IMG/VR virus record: IMGVR_UViG_3300047496_000204
Coordinates: 10,764-74,763 of that record
Direction: 5' to 3' (one strand)
Source of the DNA: a virus
DNA: 64,000 nt
In this document: positions 37,049 through 46,357 of the stretch, piece by piece
How positions within the stretch are numbered: position 1 is the first letter of the stretch
How the letters are laid out: every line of letters begins with the position of its first letter
Notes under the pieces: generated by a model
What the model was told of the DNA's origin: nothing
The model's input: the letters and a program-made list of their open reading frames with translations, nothing else
Databases searched by the model: none
Translations under genes and position numbers: made by a program

Positions 37049-37236
37049 GTATAACCAGACGTCCTATGGTTATACATTTTCTACAGTAGAACGCACTCAA
37101 CTTCCACGATCCTAGACTGAACCGTGATTGACGGTGGAGAACTTGGTAGAAGTGTGAAAACCGGGTCAAATGGCGTAATCGCAAGATAGGCGTATATTGA
37201 CTTTGGGGCTCTGGGTGCGTTTTACTGTAGAAAATG
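37049..37236 (+). ncRNA. Unassigned structured RNA closed by a 25-bp stem
   Basis: 37075-37099 pairs with 37212-37236; upstream hairpin at 37049-37075. Confidence 0.5.
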
Positions 37237-37245
37237 ACGATCTAT

Positions 37246-37317
37246 ATGGACATAGCATTGTGGAATGCGGCGGCTCGCAAAGTTGCTTAACATGGTTCGA
37301 CTCCTTGTGTCCCTACC
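37246..37317 (+). tRNA. Degenerate tRNA-Cys(GCA)-like gene
   Basis: GCGGC-TCGCAAA-GTTGC, T arm; C33, A73 and an acceptor mismatch. Confidence 0.5.
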
Positions 37318-37386
37318 TTCATGCTGAAGATGTGTTTGTAAAATGCAAGCACGTCTTTGGCACCAAATAGAGAACGGAAAAGAAAA

Positions 37387-37560
37387 ATGATTATCAAAAT
37401 GAGTATTGGCGACACTGAATACGATCTTCGCATCAAAGAATTGGACGATGGTCGTTTCTATGTTACTTGCCAAAACCTTGAAGGCTTTCACTATTTGTTA
37501 GACGCGGATGAAACTTCGGAAGCAATTAAGCCTTCACTTATCGAGTTTCTGAATATTTGA
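37387..37560 (+). CDS. Small protein, weak HicB-like pattern
   Basis: IKELDDGRFYVTCQNLEG. Confidence 0.4.
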   Translation: MIIKMSIGDTEYDLRIKELDDGRFYVTCQNLEGFHYLLDADETSEAIKPSLIEFLNI

Positions 37561-37563
37561 TAT

Positions 37564-37675
37564 GCTGCGGTAGCTCAATGTTGCAAGGGCACTGTGTTTT
37601 CCCACAACCCCCAACGTGGTAGAGTGCTTACACGGAAAAGTAAGAGATGTGGTTCGAGTCCACCTAACAGCACCA
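37564..37675 (+). ncRNA. tRNA-like gene with an 8-nt anticodon loop and a D-loop insertion
   Basis: CTTAC-ACGGAAAA-GTAAG, T loop, ACCA; mismatched acceptor. Confidence 0.55.
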
Positions 37676-37685
37676 ATAGTTTTAT

Positions 37686-37774
37686 GCTGCGATAGCTGAA
37701 AATTGCAAAGGCAATGCGGTAGAGCGGTTCCCCGGAAAAGGAACAGATGTGGTTCGAACCCAACCACAGCACCA
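37686..37774 (+). ncRNA. Paralogous tRNA-like gene with an 8-nt anticodon loop
   Basis: GTTCC-CCGGAAAA-GGAAC, D-loop TTGC/GCAA hairpin, ACCA. Confidence 0.55.
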
Positions 37775-37979
37775 ATAAATAATTGACAAAATAATTGACA
37801 TGATGTATCAATTATTTATTGGATAAAGGAGATAATTTTATAAAGCGTGCATTTTTCTTTCCGGTTGCGCCGGTCCAGTTCACACTTCGGCTGGAGTAGA
37901 GGCGAAGCCATGTGTCTCATTAATGAAGAGCGCATTGATTCCGGATATGATGATGCGGAGTTAGACAAATATTATAAAT

Positions 37980-38059
37980 GCGGGTATAGCTCAGTCTGGT
38001 AGAGCGGAAGGTTTCCACCCTTCGTCATTGCACTGGTTCGAATCCAGTTACCCGCTCCA
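37980..38059 (+). tRNA. tRNA-Gly(TCC)
   Basis: GAAGG-TTTCCAC-CCTTC, U73, CCA. Confidence 0.88.
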
Positions 38060-38074
38060 GCCAAAAATTAACAT

Positions 38075-38147
38075 GGTCCCATAACTCAATGGTAGAGTGT
38101 CACATTGATAATGTGATTACGATTGTTCGATTCAATCTGGGACTACC
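38075..38147 (+). tRNA. tRNA-Ile(GAT)
   Basis: TCACA-TTGATAA-TGTGA. Confidence 0.85.
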
Positions 38148-38152
38148 TTTAT

Positions 38153-38242
38153 CGCGGAGTTGAGAAGTCCGGTCCATCTCACTGTCCTCATAAGGCAGCG
38201 GGCGTAATTGCCCTCACAGGTTCAAATCCTGTCTCCGCATCC
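38153..38242 (+). tRNA. tRNA(CAT), C1xA72, long variable arm (initiator-like)
   Basis: CTGTC-CTCATAA-GGCAG. Confidence 0.75.
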
Positions 38243-38291
38243 TTTTTCCGATTTTTATATACAAAATCGAACATATTTGCTATCAGTTTGA

Positions 38292-38369
38292 CGCGGGAAG
38301 GACAAGATAGTTAGTCACTTGCCTCATAAGCAAGACATCTGGAAGTTGCGAGCACTTCTCCCGCTCCCA
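38292..38369 (+). tRNA. tRNA(CAT), C1xU72, atypical T loop
   Basis: CTTGC-CTCATAA-GCAAG, CCA. Confidence 0.6.
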
Positions 38370-38392
38370 ATCTAAAAGGAAAAGAGGGAAAA

Positions 38393-38773
38393 ATGAGAAA
38401 GATTGCGATTATTTTAACTAGTAGTCGTTATGATGATTATGATAATTACCATATGATTATCAATTCTATCACGGATTGGCAGGAAGTTTCTGAAGAAGAT
38501 TACCGATTGCTAGATTCTTTTTCTTATGTAAAAGATTTTACAATTTTGGAGCAACCGATTGCTCCTAAGGATTACATTGGTAATACGATTGCAGAGTTTA
38601 GGGAATTAGCGAGAAAGCAAAAAGAAGAAGATGACGCGAGAATATTAGCTGAAGAAAAAAAGAAGCAGGCTCGTGCGGAAAAGAAAATTCTCAAAGAAGC
38701 TGAAACTCGCAAAGCATTGTTTGAAAAGCTTCAAGCAGAATTTGGTTCAAGTTCTCCAGTCAGCAATGGGTAA
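38393..38773 (+). CDS. Hypothetical protein
   Basis: GAGGG SD. Confidence 0.65.
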   Translation: MRKIAIILTSSRYDDYDNYHMIINSITDWQEVSEEDYRLLDSFSYVKDFTILEQPIAPKDYIGNTIAEFRELARKQKEEDDARILAEEKKKQARAEKKILKEAETRKALFEKLQAEFGSSSPVSNG

Positions 38774-38776
38774 AAA

Positions 38777-39178
38777 ATGGGAATTATCTACACACTGGTA
38801 AAACGTGATGTTCCAGAAGCTTTCGATCTTGGTAAGGGGCCTTGGGATATAGTTTTTGAACGAAAACATGGTTTTTCATTTTTTGCTAACAAAAATGGAA
38901 ATTTTGAAGAATCATTTAAAATTGAAGAAGCTAAATTGAGATCAAACATCAAGAAGTTTGGTCTTGAGCGTTGGTCTATTGATAATGACAAGTTGGTTCG
39001 AAGAATCACATCTTGGGCCAAAGATTCAGAAATATTTTTGATCAACTATTGGGAAGAGATTGAGTCTCTTCAGGAAGAAAATGATCGAGAAAATTTTGAC
39101 TTCCACGATCTCGATGATTTTTTGGTAGCTTCGCTTTTTGACTACAAAATCACGGCGTCAATATGGGAAGACAAATGA
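38777..39178 (+). CDS. Hypothetical protein
   Basis: ORF only. Confidence 0.6.
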   Translation: MGIIYTLVKRDVPEAFDLGKGPWDIVFERKHGFSFFANKNGNFEESFKIEEAKLRSNIKKFGLERWSIDNDKLVRRITSWAKDSEIFLINYWEEIESLQEENDRENFDFHDLDDFLVASLFDYKITASIWEDK

Positions 39179-39248
39179 GACAAAGAGCCTATTGGGTCGG
39201 CATCTGCTGGGTGCGCCAAGGAAGCTCGATCCTCTGCGGAGGATCAAT

Positions 39249-39322
39249 GGTTCTATAACTCAATGGTAGAGTGGCAGGCTCATAACTTGCTCATCTTGGT
39301 TCGATTCCAAGTAGAACCTCCA
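39249..39322 (+). tRNA. tRNA-Met/Ile2(CAT)
   Basis: GCAGG-CTCATAA-CTTGC, CCA; D arm matches the Ile(GAT) gene. Confidence 0.85.
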
Positions 39323-39408
39323 AAATCCTACAGAAGTCGCCAAAAAACGTTTGACAAAGTTTATTTTCGGTCTATATTTTAATTCTCAATTTAAATAGGA
39401 TTGAAAAA

Positions 39409-39918
39409 ATGGGCACAAGATCGGATATTATCGTTGAACATGCTGATGGCAAGTTCAAGAGAATTTACTGTCATTGGGATGGATATCTGGAAGGTGTTGG
39501 TCAAACACTTTTTTCTCATTACAATAGTCAAGAGCGCGCTGAAGCGGTAGTTGCGCCGGGTGATATGTCATCCTTGGCAGAAAGATGTGATGGGGAGCCT
39601 GGACATTCCTTCGATAATAACGTCAAGGGTCAAACCGTGTATTATGGTCGGGATCGTGGCGAAACAGAAATGGACGGCGTAGTTGGTGATACACTCGTTT
39701 CTGTTTGGCCGTCAGAGGGCACTTGGACGGAATTCACTTATGTTTGGACACAAGGTCGCTGGTGGGTCGCAGATGCCGATGAAGGTTCACAAGCCCTTCA
39801 TAGTCTGGAAGATGCCTTGAAGGGCGATGATCGTCCTACACCCTTGCCTTGGGTGATCCCGAGTAGGGACCGAGGACCGGGATCGAGGCCCGGCTTGTCC
39901 ACCAAAATAATATATTGA
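39409..39918 (+). CDS. IYCHWDGY-type protein, paralog 2
   Basis: Similar to 34538..34966; upstream TTGACA. Confidence 0.75.
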   Translation: MGTRSDIIVEHADGKFKRIYCHWDGYLEGVGQTLFSHYNSQERAEAVVAPGDMSSLAERCDGEPGHSFDNNVKGQTVYYGRDRGETEMDGVVGDTLVSVWPSEGTWTEFTYVWTQGRWWVADADEGSQALHSLEDALKGDDRPTPLPWVIPSRDRGPGSRPGLSTKIIY

Positions 39919-40037
39919 CTATTTCTCAAATAGTTAGTAAATACATATATGATATTAGTTGTGTTTCTTATCGTCAGTATAGCAGTCGGCCTTTCGGGGG
40001 CTGTTATGAGACGATGTAGGAAACATTTCTAATAAAT

Positions 40038-40113
40038 GGCCCTTTCGCCAAATGGGAAGGCATCGCTTTTACACGGCGACATTGAGTTGGTTCGATTCCA
40101 ACAAGGGCTACCA
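40038..40113 (+). tRNA. tRNA-Val(TAC)
   Basis: TCGCT-TTTACAC-GGCGA, CCA. Confidence 0.85.
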
Positions 40114-40126
40114 TTTTTAAGTTTAT

Positions 40127-40202
40127 TCCATCCAAAGCACAAGGTGTGCTGGCTCACTGTTAATGAGTATCGAGCCCAGTTCGATTCTGGGGGATGGAGC
40201 CA
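40127..40202 (+). tRNA. tRNA-Asn(GTT)
   Basis: U1-A72, G73, CTCA-CTGTTAA-TGAG, CCA. Confidence 0.8.
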
Positions 40203-40276
40203 GACTGCGACAGTATGTCGCATGCTATTACATAGCCTTACATGAAAGGTTTCGAACATAGAAGATAAATACTTCT

Positions 40277-41254
40277 ATGGAAACTTGTAGTATATGTAGT
40301 AAAACATTTAAGAATTCATTAGCATTAAGTGGTCATTCTCGGTGGCATAAAACCACCATATACAAAGAACCTATATTTGATTATTCTGTGTCATGTATTT
40401 TTACCAAAAAGAAAATGCACATCACTCGATGGGAAGACTATCAAAATAGGGTGAGAAACTGCCAATGCTGTAAAAAATTATTTGAGAAAATTGGTAATAC
40501 TTCTGGCCTCTTTTGTTCTAAAAGTTGTTCTGCCACCGAAAATAATAAAAAAAGAGAACCTGTATCAGATAAACAAAAACAAAAGACATCAAATGCCTTA
40601 AAAACCTATTTTGATAATCACGGAGGCCGACAGTGGTCAACAACACATAAAACAAAAATTGAAAATTATAAATATAATTTTATTTCTGTAAATTTTTCTA
40701 CTTGTATATGTGGAAAAATCTTCTTGAGCAAAGGCAAAAATTGGAAGCCAAAGAAACACTGTTCGACAAATTGTCGAAACGAAGCTCTAAGTGAAAATAG
40801 AATCAAATTTCTTCAAGAAAATGGAACGTCTAATTTTTCTACAAGAATTCCTGGATTTTGTTATAAAAACATAACCATCGATTGTGATTCAAAATTGGAA
40901 GCCGCTGCGGTTCAATATTTAATAGATGTTAAATCCGCATCTCATATCGAACGCTGTGAAAGCATTGTGAATTTCTATGATAAACATGGAAAACATCATA
41001 GATTTTTACCTGATTTTTTTGTGAGAATAGACTATAAAAGTTATATTGTTGAAGTAAAACAGGTTTACAGAAAATCAAGTTATATTGGAGATTACAATCA
41101 ATATTTTGAGGAAAAAAAGAAAGCGTTGTTGAAGTTTTGTGATGAAAAAAATTTAGAGATGTTGTGGTTAGATTTCGATTATGATAAATTGTTCGAAAAG
41201 ATGTATAGAAAGTTTTTGAAAGAAAATTGTGTTAAAATGTGCGGACGAAATTGA
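40277..41254 (+). CDS. Zinc-finger plus PD-(D/E)xK (TnsA-like) endonuclease in the tRNA array
   Basis: C2H2 finger, several CxxC/FCSKSC repeats, RFLPDFFV...IVEVK; GATAAATA at 40264-40271. Confidence 0.8.
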   Translation: METCSICSKTFKNSLALSGHSRWHKTTIYKEPIFDYSVSCIFTKKKMHITRWEDYQNRVRNCQCCKKLFEKIGNTSGLFCSKSCSATENNKKREPVSDKQKQKTSNALKTYFDNHGGRQWSTTHKTKIENYKYNFISVNFSTCICGKIFLSKGKNWKPKKHCSTNCRNEALSENRIKFLQENGTSNFSTRIPGFCYKNITIDCDSKLEAAAVQYLIDVKSASHIERCESIVNFYDKHGKHHRFLPDFFVRIDYKSYIVEVKQVYRKSSYIGDYNQYFEEKKKALLKFCDEKNLEMLWLDFDYDKLFEKMYRKFLKENCVKMCGRN

Positions 41255-41440
41255 GTTTCATTCCTCGACCCTAAAAGGTGACTAATGATTACTGAAAAAC
41301 AAAGAGACCGGATTTTCGATGAATGGCTTGAAAGAGAATTCGAAGAAGAATTGATAGATAATCCAATTCTTTGGCCTTTAACGACATCTTTTGCGTATTG
41401 TTTGATACGAAATGAAGACGAATCTCTTCATTGATTTTAT

Positions 41441-41514
41441 GGACATGTAGCTCATTGGTAGAGCATCGCACTGAAAATGCGAGTGTAAGTGGTTCGATTC
41501 CACTCTTGTCCACC
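41441..41514 (+). tRNA. tRNA-Phe(GAA)
   Basis: TCGCA-CTGAAAA-TGCGA. Confidence 0.9.
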
Positions 41515-41599
41515 GGGGAAGGCCCGCTACTTACACGCCAGATTCGTCCAGCGTTAGTTCAACGTAGAACATCCCCCTATTTTTATGTTGAAAGTTTTA

Positions 41600-41673
41600 T
41601 GAAGGTTGCCTCTTGGTGAGGCAGCGGTCCTTTGAAGTCCGCCAGCTTGGTTCGAACCCAAGACCTTCATCCA
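41600..41673 (+). tRNA. tRNA-Gln(TTG)
   Basis: U1-A72, CGGTC-CTTTGAA-GTCCG, CCA. Confidence 0.7.
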
Positions 41674-41677
41674 ATAT

Positions 41678-41753
41678 TCAGGGATAGTTCAATTGGTAGA
41701 ACATCGCTTTTTGGTAGCGAGTGTTGAGAGTTCGAGTCTTTCTCCCTGAGCCA
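41678..41753 (+). tRNA. tRNA-Gln(TTG)
   Basis: U1-A72, G73, TCGCT-TTTTGGT-AGCGA, CCA. Confidence 0.85.
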
Positions 41754-41755
41754 AA

Positions 41756-42412
41756 TCAAAAAATTATCTCGTTTAGAGGAATTTCTTTTTCAATTACTGA
41801 ATTGCCGGAAAAAGAAATAGTGGAACACATTTTCATCATTTCTTCTTCTTTACTGGATGATGTTAAAATTAATTGTGAATGTCTAATGCATGGAAGCATA
41901 CTTGTCCAAAAATCTTTTATTTTGGTTGGATTAGCCACTTCATAATCGTCTACTATTACCATGCTCAATGAAAGCCCCCGACCGGTAGTATCGGAAACAC
42001 TTCTAACAAGAAGCTGGCTATGGTTATCAAATTTCATTGAGCTTAAGTTGTATTCAGTTATTCCTTTTCTAAGAAAAATTGGAAGATTATCATACATAAT
42101 TTTTATAATATGAAGTTTTTCTTTTGCGCTTGCGACACTATTTCCGCAAAGCAATATAGTTTGATCTGAATTAAACATTGTCTTCCAAACAAGAAAAGCA
42201 CAAAGAGCAGAGGTTTTACCACTTTGTCTTGGTAATTCGAATGACAGTGTTCGATTTTCGCTATCGAGTTTGTTTATAATAATTTCTTGTTTAAAGGTAA
42301 GGTTCATCGGAACTAACCCTCTTATAAGATGCGACAATTTAATGTATGTGTTGATAAAATATACAGGATTAATTGCACATTTAGCGAATTCTTCTTCTAA
42401 TGATAATGACAT
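41756..42412 (-). CDS. Stand-alone terminase-large-subunit ATPase domain paralog, no nuclease domain
   Basis: KCAINPVYFINTY, LPRQSGKT and GRGLSLSMVIVDDY; 218 aa; GATAAATA at 42440-42447. Confidence 0.85.
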   Translation of the reverse strand: MSLSLEEEFAKCAINPVYFINTYIKLSHLIRGLVPMNLTFKQEIIINKLDSENRTLSFELPRQSGKTSALCAFLVWKTMFNSDQTILLCGNSVASAKEKLHIIKIMYDNLPIFLRKGITEYNLSSMKFDNHSQLLVRSVSDTTGRGLSLSMVIVDDYEVANPTKIKDFWTSMLPCIRHSQLILTSSSKEEEMMKMCSTISFSGNSVIEKEIPLNEIIF

Positions 42413-42583
42413 TTTTTCTCTAAAATTAACGTTGTATATTATTTATCTACAAGGTCTCCATCACCAATAACGATGGAGCGCAAGTCTCTTGATACGAGGG
42501 CAAGAGGGCCGTGAATATTTCGGTTGACACTTCTTCGAACTATGTTATCTTATGAAAATAATTTGACGCATAGGAGAAACATC

Positions 42584-42850
42584 ATGTCTGAACTTGCAAC
42601 ACTGGTTGAAGAAGTTCAAATTTCCAAGAAGGAATATTTGGAATATCTTGAGGAACATGGTTCCACGAGTAATACTGAACGTTATAAGGAACTTTCGAAG
42701 CCGTCGTATCGGAAGCCGCTAGTCAATCGCGTCTATCGTGCTGTTCGAGCGTTGAGCGATTATATGCAGAAGGAAACTGGACTGACTTCTTATCAATTCA
42801 GTGATCTTTTTTCGAGTTATGGATATATGGGTAATCCGGACGAGGAATAG
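42584..42850 (+). CDS. Hypothetical protein
   Basis: AGGAG SD. Confidence 0.65.
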   Translation: MSELATLVEEVQISKKEYLEYLEEHGSTSNTERYKELSKPSYRKPLVNRVYRAVRALSDYMQKETGLTSYQFSDLFSSYGYMGNPDEE

Positions 42851-42894
42851 AGAAAATGTTCACGCGCTTGGCGTGAAATTTAGAGGAATTTTAA

Positions 42895-43416
42895 ATGACT
42901 TACGATGAAGCTATTGCGATTTTGACTCAATTTTGTGCCAAAATTGACGGTCTGACATTTAGTCAATGTGAAGTTGGTGTTGGTCGGCCAGCAGTTGCTT
43001 TATTCTTGGATGACAAGATTCTTCACTACAATTTTTGGACGTATGATAGTTCTACTGGTGATTTCATTAGCCCATTTCCAGAGGAAATGGAAATTGATGT
43101 TCCGGATGGAGTTAATGCCTATCACAAGGATAATTTCATTGCCGTGTTAATTGGGGAAGGTCAAATCAATATTGAACGAAGTGTTATTCCATTGATTCAA
43201 GCTCTCAACGGCGAAAATCCGGATACGATCTTGGCGAATATGCCTGAAGAAGAAACTCAAGACCAAGAAACCTTGGAAGAAGCCTTCAAGCAGTTGGCTA
43301 TCTGGTGTTTGTCTATGAAAAAACAACAAATTGAAATTGCGATATATACAGACACCAATCAGAGCTATGGTCCTGGAAATAGTGCTATTCCGATTGTTGT
43401 AAAAATCTTGGAGTAA
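42895..43416 (+). CDS. Hypothetical protein
   Basis: GAGGA SD. Confidence 0.7.
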   Translation: MTYDEAIAILTQFCAKIDGLTFSQCEVGVGRPAVALFLDDKILHYNFWTYDSSTGDFISPFPEEMEIDVPDGVNAYHKDNFIAVLIGEGQINIERSVIPLIQALNGENPDTILANMPEEETQDQETLEEAFKQLAIWCLSMKKQQIEIAIYTDTNQSYGPGNSAIPIVVKILE

Positions 43417-43471
43417 ATTTTAAAAATCGTTTGACAATAGTTAGAACTATGTTATCTTGATTAAGTAATCA

Positions 43472-43600
43472 GTTCGGCGGCGGGACGACGACTCCGTAAG
43501 TCCGCAGAACTACTCTACCAGGGTGAGGAGAAGTTGGAGTCGGGTGGATGCCCTGGGGCTGTAATGGCTTTCCCACTTCTCCTCTCCCAGGGCCGATAGT
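43472..43600 (+). ncRNA. GC-rich structured leader with a possible pseudoknot
   Basis: GCGGGAC/GTCCGC hairpin whose loop GACTCC (43490-43495) complements GGAGTC (43536-43541). Confidence 0.4.
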
Positions 43601-43777
43601 TGAATAAAAAGGAGATTGATATGTCCAAGGAAGAAATTATTCAGTTTTTGAAGGATAATCTTACTATTCATCTTGAAGTGGAGGATTATGGTTCTAGCAA
43701 CCAAGTTAATATTAAGTTGTGTTTAGATGGAGAAGAAATTTCTTCCACCTTCCAATATATTTCAAAGGGTGAATAAT

Positions 43778-44017
43778 ATGTGTGAATGTTACAATATCGA
43801 TCATCCCGGCTTCGATCCGGCTTGCCCACTTCATGGTATTAACGGTATTTACCAGCGAGAAAGTGAATCCGAAGCTGCGTTCGAACGCTGGTGGCTTACT
43901 CAAGAACAGCAGTCTCAAGTGCCGATTTCTGAAGAACACCGCGCTGTTCTCAATATTTTTCGTAAGGTTTCTTGGAACGCTTGGCAAGCGGCTATTTCTT
44001 ATATGGCAGATGCGTGA
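43778..44017 (+). CDS. Hypothetical protein
   Basis: ORF only. Confidence 0.5.
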   Translation: MCECYNIDHPGFDPACPLHGINGIYQRESESEAAFERWWLTQEQQSQVPISEEHRAVLNIFRKVSWNAWQAAISYMADA

Positions 44018-44517
44018 TGCAAAATATTTTCATCGTAGTCGCATATGGCGGCCAATATGAAAACGCTTGGGGATCAATATCGGCAGCTTTCACTGATAGA
44101 TCATCGGCCGAGGCGTATATTCTTTATAAAGAAGATTTAGCGCAACGCATTTATCAAAAAGAAGTTTTGTTGGCTGCTTTTTATGAGAAGTATGAAGCGG
44201 AAAATCCGCGCCCGCCACGTGCAGTTCAACATGTTCTTCCACGTTGGAGATCGGGAATGTCCGAAAAAGATATTACCCCCGAGATGCGGACGGAACGAAC
44301 ACGTCTTTTCGATCTAAATAGCAAACTTGCGGAAGAAGCAAGCATCGCTTACGAAATATATGAAGAAACTTTACTTGCGGCTCAACAACAATATGCCGAG
44401 GCTGGTGGTATCGATTCTCCTGATCGAATCGTTAGGTATGCCAATATGCCAGATGTTCGTTGGCGTATCGATGAAAATTTTCTGCATTCTTCTTTCGATC
44501 CTATTCACTTTCATTAG
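44017..44517 (+). CDS. Hypothetical protein
   Basis: ORF only. Confidence 0.6.
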   Translation: MQNIFIVVAYGGQYENAWGSISAAFTDRSSAEAYILYKEDLAQRIYQKEVLLAAFYEKYEAENPRPPRAVQHVLPRWRSGMSEKDITPEMRTERTRLFDLNSKLAEEASIAYEIYEETLLAAQQQYAEAGGIDSPDRIVRYANMPDVRWRIDENFLHSSFDPIHFH

Positions 44518-44835
44518 GAAATATCTGATGGAAACTGTTTTAAAAGAACCAATTCTTCGTGATGATCACCCGATTTATGCGGATTATATTTACATTGCTG
44601 ATGGAAAAGTTTACATTTCGGATTGAAATTACGGTTCGAGAACTAAAGTCGAGAGAAGGTTTTACGGAAATCCGGAGATGCGATATATATGGCCGTAATC
44701 TCGGACATAAAATACAGAAAGAAGAAACAGATGTATCTTTCCCATTTCCAGAAAGAATTGCTCCTAAGCCTATTAGAGTGAAAAAGGCTGGAAAACATGG
44801 TAAGGTAAAGATTAAGAATAGATTTAAATTTAAAT

Positions 44836-44990
44836 GCCGGTTTAGCTCATTTGGTAGAGCGCCTGTTTGGAGGAAAGTGATCAGTGATCAGTGATCATAG
44901 AACATATCACCAGTGGATATGATGGTGCAAATCCAGAATCCTCAAAATTGTAATCAGGGGGCGGCAAGTTCGAAACTTGCAACCGGCGCC
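44836..44990 (+). tRNA. tRNA-Thr (GGT or TGT depending on the junction) with an approximately 80-nt anticodon insertion
   Basis: GCCGGTT/AACCGGC, CCTGT-TT[insert]TGTAA-TCAGG; insert contains AGTGATC x3. Confidence 0.8.
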
Positions 44991-45515
44991 CTAATAACTT
45001 TTTCCTTCGCTATATCTTTGGCGGCGAAACGCCCTGCCATTTCCAATATTCAATGCTTTAAAAGTTGGAGTTTGTGAATGACAATTTGGACAAAGCAATG
45101 TCGTGTTTTCTCGTGAATGATCATCGGAATTACCATTGATGTGTTCAATTTCCAAATATATAGGTAAATTATTCCAAGTAGTGTTTAAGCATTTCTGACA
45201 TTGATGCCCAAGTTCTTCTACGAGTTGTTTTTTCCTGCGCTTGGATGACCAAACAGAATTAGGGTTATTTTTAAATAATTCCCATTTATTTTTAAAGAAA
45301 CATCGTTGTGAGCAATATATTTGTCTCTGAGAATAGATAATAGTGCTACAATGTAGGCAAATTCCGTTCTCTTTATTTTTTCTAATTTTTTTATTTTTTG
45401 TTTTTGTAATCGATTTAGTTATTTTTGAAATTCTTTTAGTATTATTTACTGATGCCGAGCAAGAACGATTGCAAAAAATATTTCCATGTTTTCTTTTTTC
45501 ATAAGGAATTATCAT
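44991..45515 (-). CDS. HNH homing endonuclease
   Basis: LEIEHINGNSDDH...LLCPNCHSQT; the frame stays open upstream through a C2H2-like finger without a canonical start. Confidence 0.88.
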   Translation of the reverse strand: MIIPYEKRKHGNIFCNRSCSASVNNTKRISKITKSITKTKNKKIRKNKENGICLHCSTIIYSQRQIYCSQRCFFKNKWELFKNNPNSVWSSKRRKKQLVEELGHQCQKCLNTTWNNLPIYLEIEHINGNSDDHSRENTTLLCPNCHSQTPTFKALNIGNGRAFRRQRYSEGKSY

Positions 45516-45796
45516 TTTACAATGCAGACAATGATCAGTTTTTAATCCATATTTTTCTTCCGCTGTCAGTAATTTGAACGTAGGATCAAGTTTTCTTTGA
45601 TGGCGATATAAAGATTTTTGGGCTGAATATGATTTTTGCGGTTGACAACAATTACATTTAAATCTAATATCTCCTTATATTCGAAAAGGAGATAATCATG
45701 ATGAATTTGAACGAACTGGTCTTTATGCTGGTGTTTTAGGTGAAATGTCTCCGCTCCAAACTCTTGGTGCGAGACTTCTTTTGGAGGGTTGGTAAA

Positions 45797-46174
45797 ATGA
45801 CAAATTACAATGAAATAGTTGATACCGTTTTGGCGGCTCCAGCGGATGCGCGTGTTTTTGTTCTGAAGGGAATTTTCTCTGATTCTGAACGGAATTTCAA
45901 TCTTCTTTTGCTGGATTGTATGTTAGAACGCCTTCAAGTATGGCCTTATCGAGATTCTGTTACCAGTTTGGTTAGTAATGAAATACATTCTGAACGATTA
46001 AATGAAATCGTTGATTTTCTTTTGGATTCATCTCGGGAAGCCAGATTTTATGCTTTGAAGGGTATTCTGGTTGAGTATTCTACTAACAGTTTTCTTGTTC
46101 TGTTGGCTCATAATTTGATTTCTCGGCTGGCGTTTCAGAAGTTCAACCTGGACAAGAATGTGGAATGTCTGTAG
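45797..46174 (+). CDS. Hypothetical protein with two internal repeats
   Basis: EIVDTVL...ARVFVLKGI and EIVDFLL...ARFYALKGI. Confidence 0.6.
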   Translation: MTNYNEIVDTVLAAPADARVFVLKGIFSDSERNFNLLLLDCMLERLQVWPYRDSVTSLVSNEIHSERLNEIVDFLLDSSREARFYALKGILVEYSTNSFLVLLAHNLISRLAFQKFNLDKNVECL

Positions 46175-46357
46175 CAGGTTTTCATGACATTCAAATTGGC
46201 GATATAATTGAATGTCATGATAAAGAACAAGAAGCTTTACCTGCAACGATTTCCTGGGAAATTGTAAAGGCAAAAGGTTTGACCTTAGACTTGAAGGGTA
46301 AATTATTTTAAAGAAAACTGTTGACAATATTACCTATTTTGGATAATATACACAAAT

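Noticed and set aside
36989-37240. tmRNA
   Set aside because: Starts with GGGG, but no matching tRNA-like 3' end with T arm and CCA or tag reading frame could be identified; kept only as an unassigned RNA.
41515-41580. Permuted tRNA between tRNA-Phe and tRNA-Gln
   Set aside because: Has a D-arm-like hairpin and GGGG/CCCC ends but no anticodon or T arm; insufficient evidence.
44874-44895. AGTGATC x3 (and ATATTGCT x3 at 59603-59626) as CRISPR-like arrays
   Set aside because: Short perfect tandem repeats without spacers; no CRISPR array or cas gene was seen anywhere in the window.
45640-45680. Third SD-ATG-TAA site upstream of the 44991 HNH gene, with a +1 shift into its frame
   Set aside because: SD-to-ATG spacing is about 13 nt and ATGTAA arises easily in AT-rich Cys-coding sequence; a single unsupported instance.
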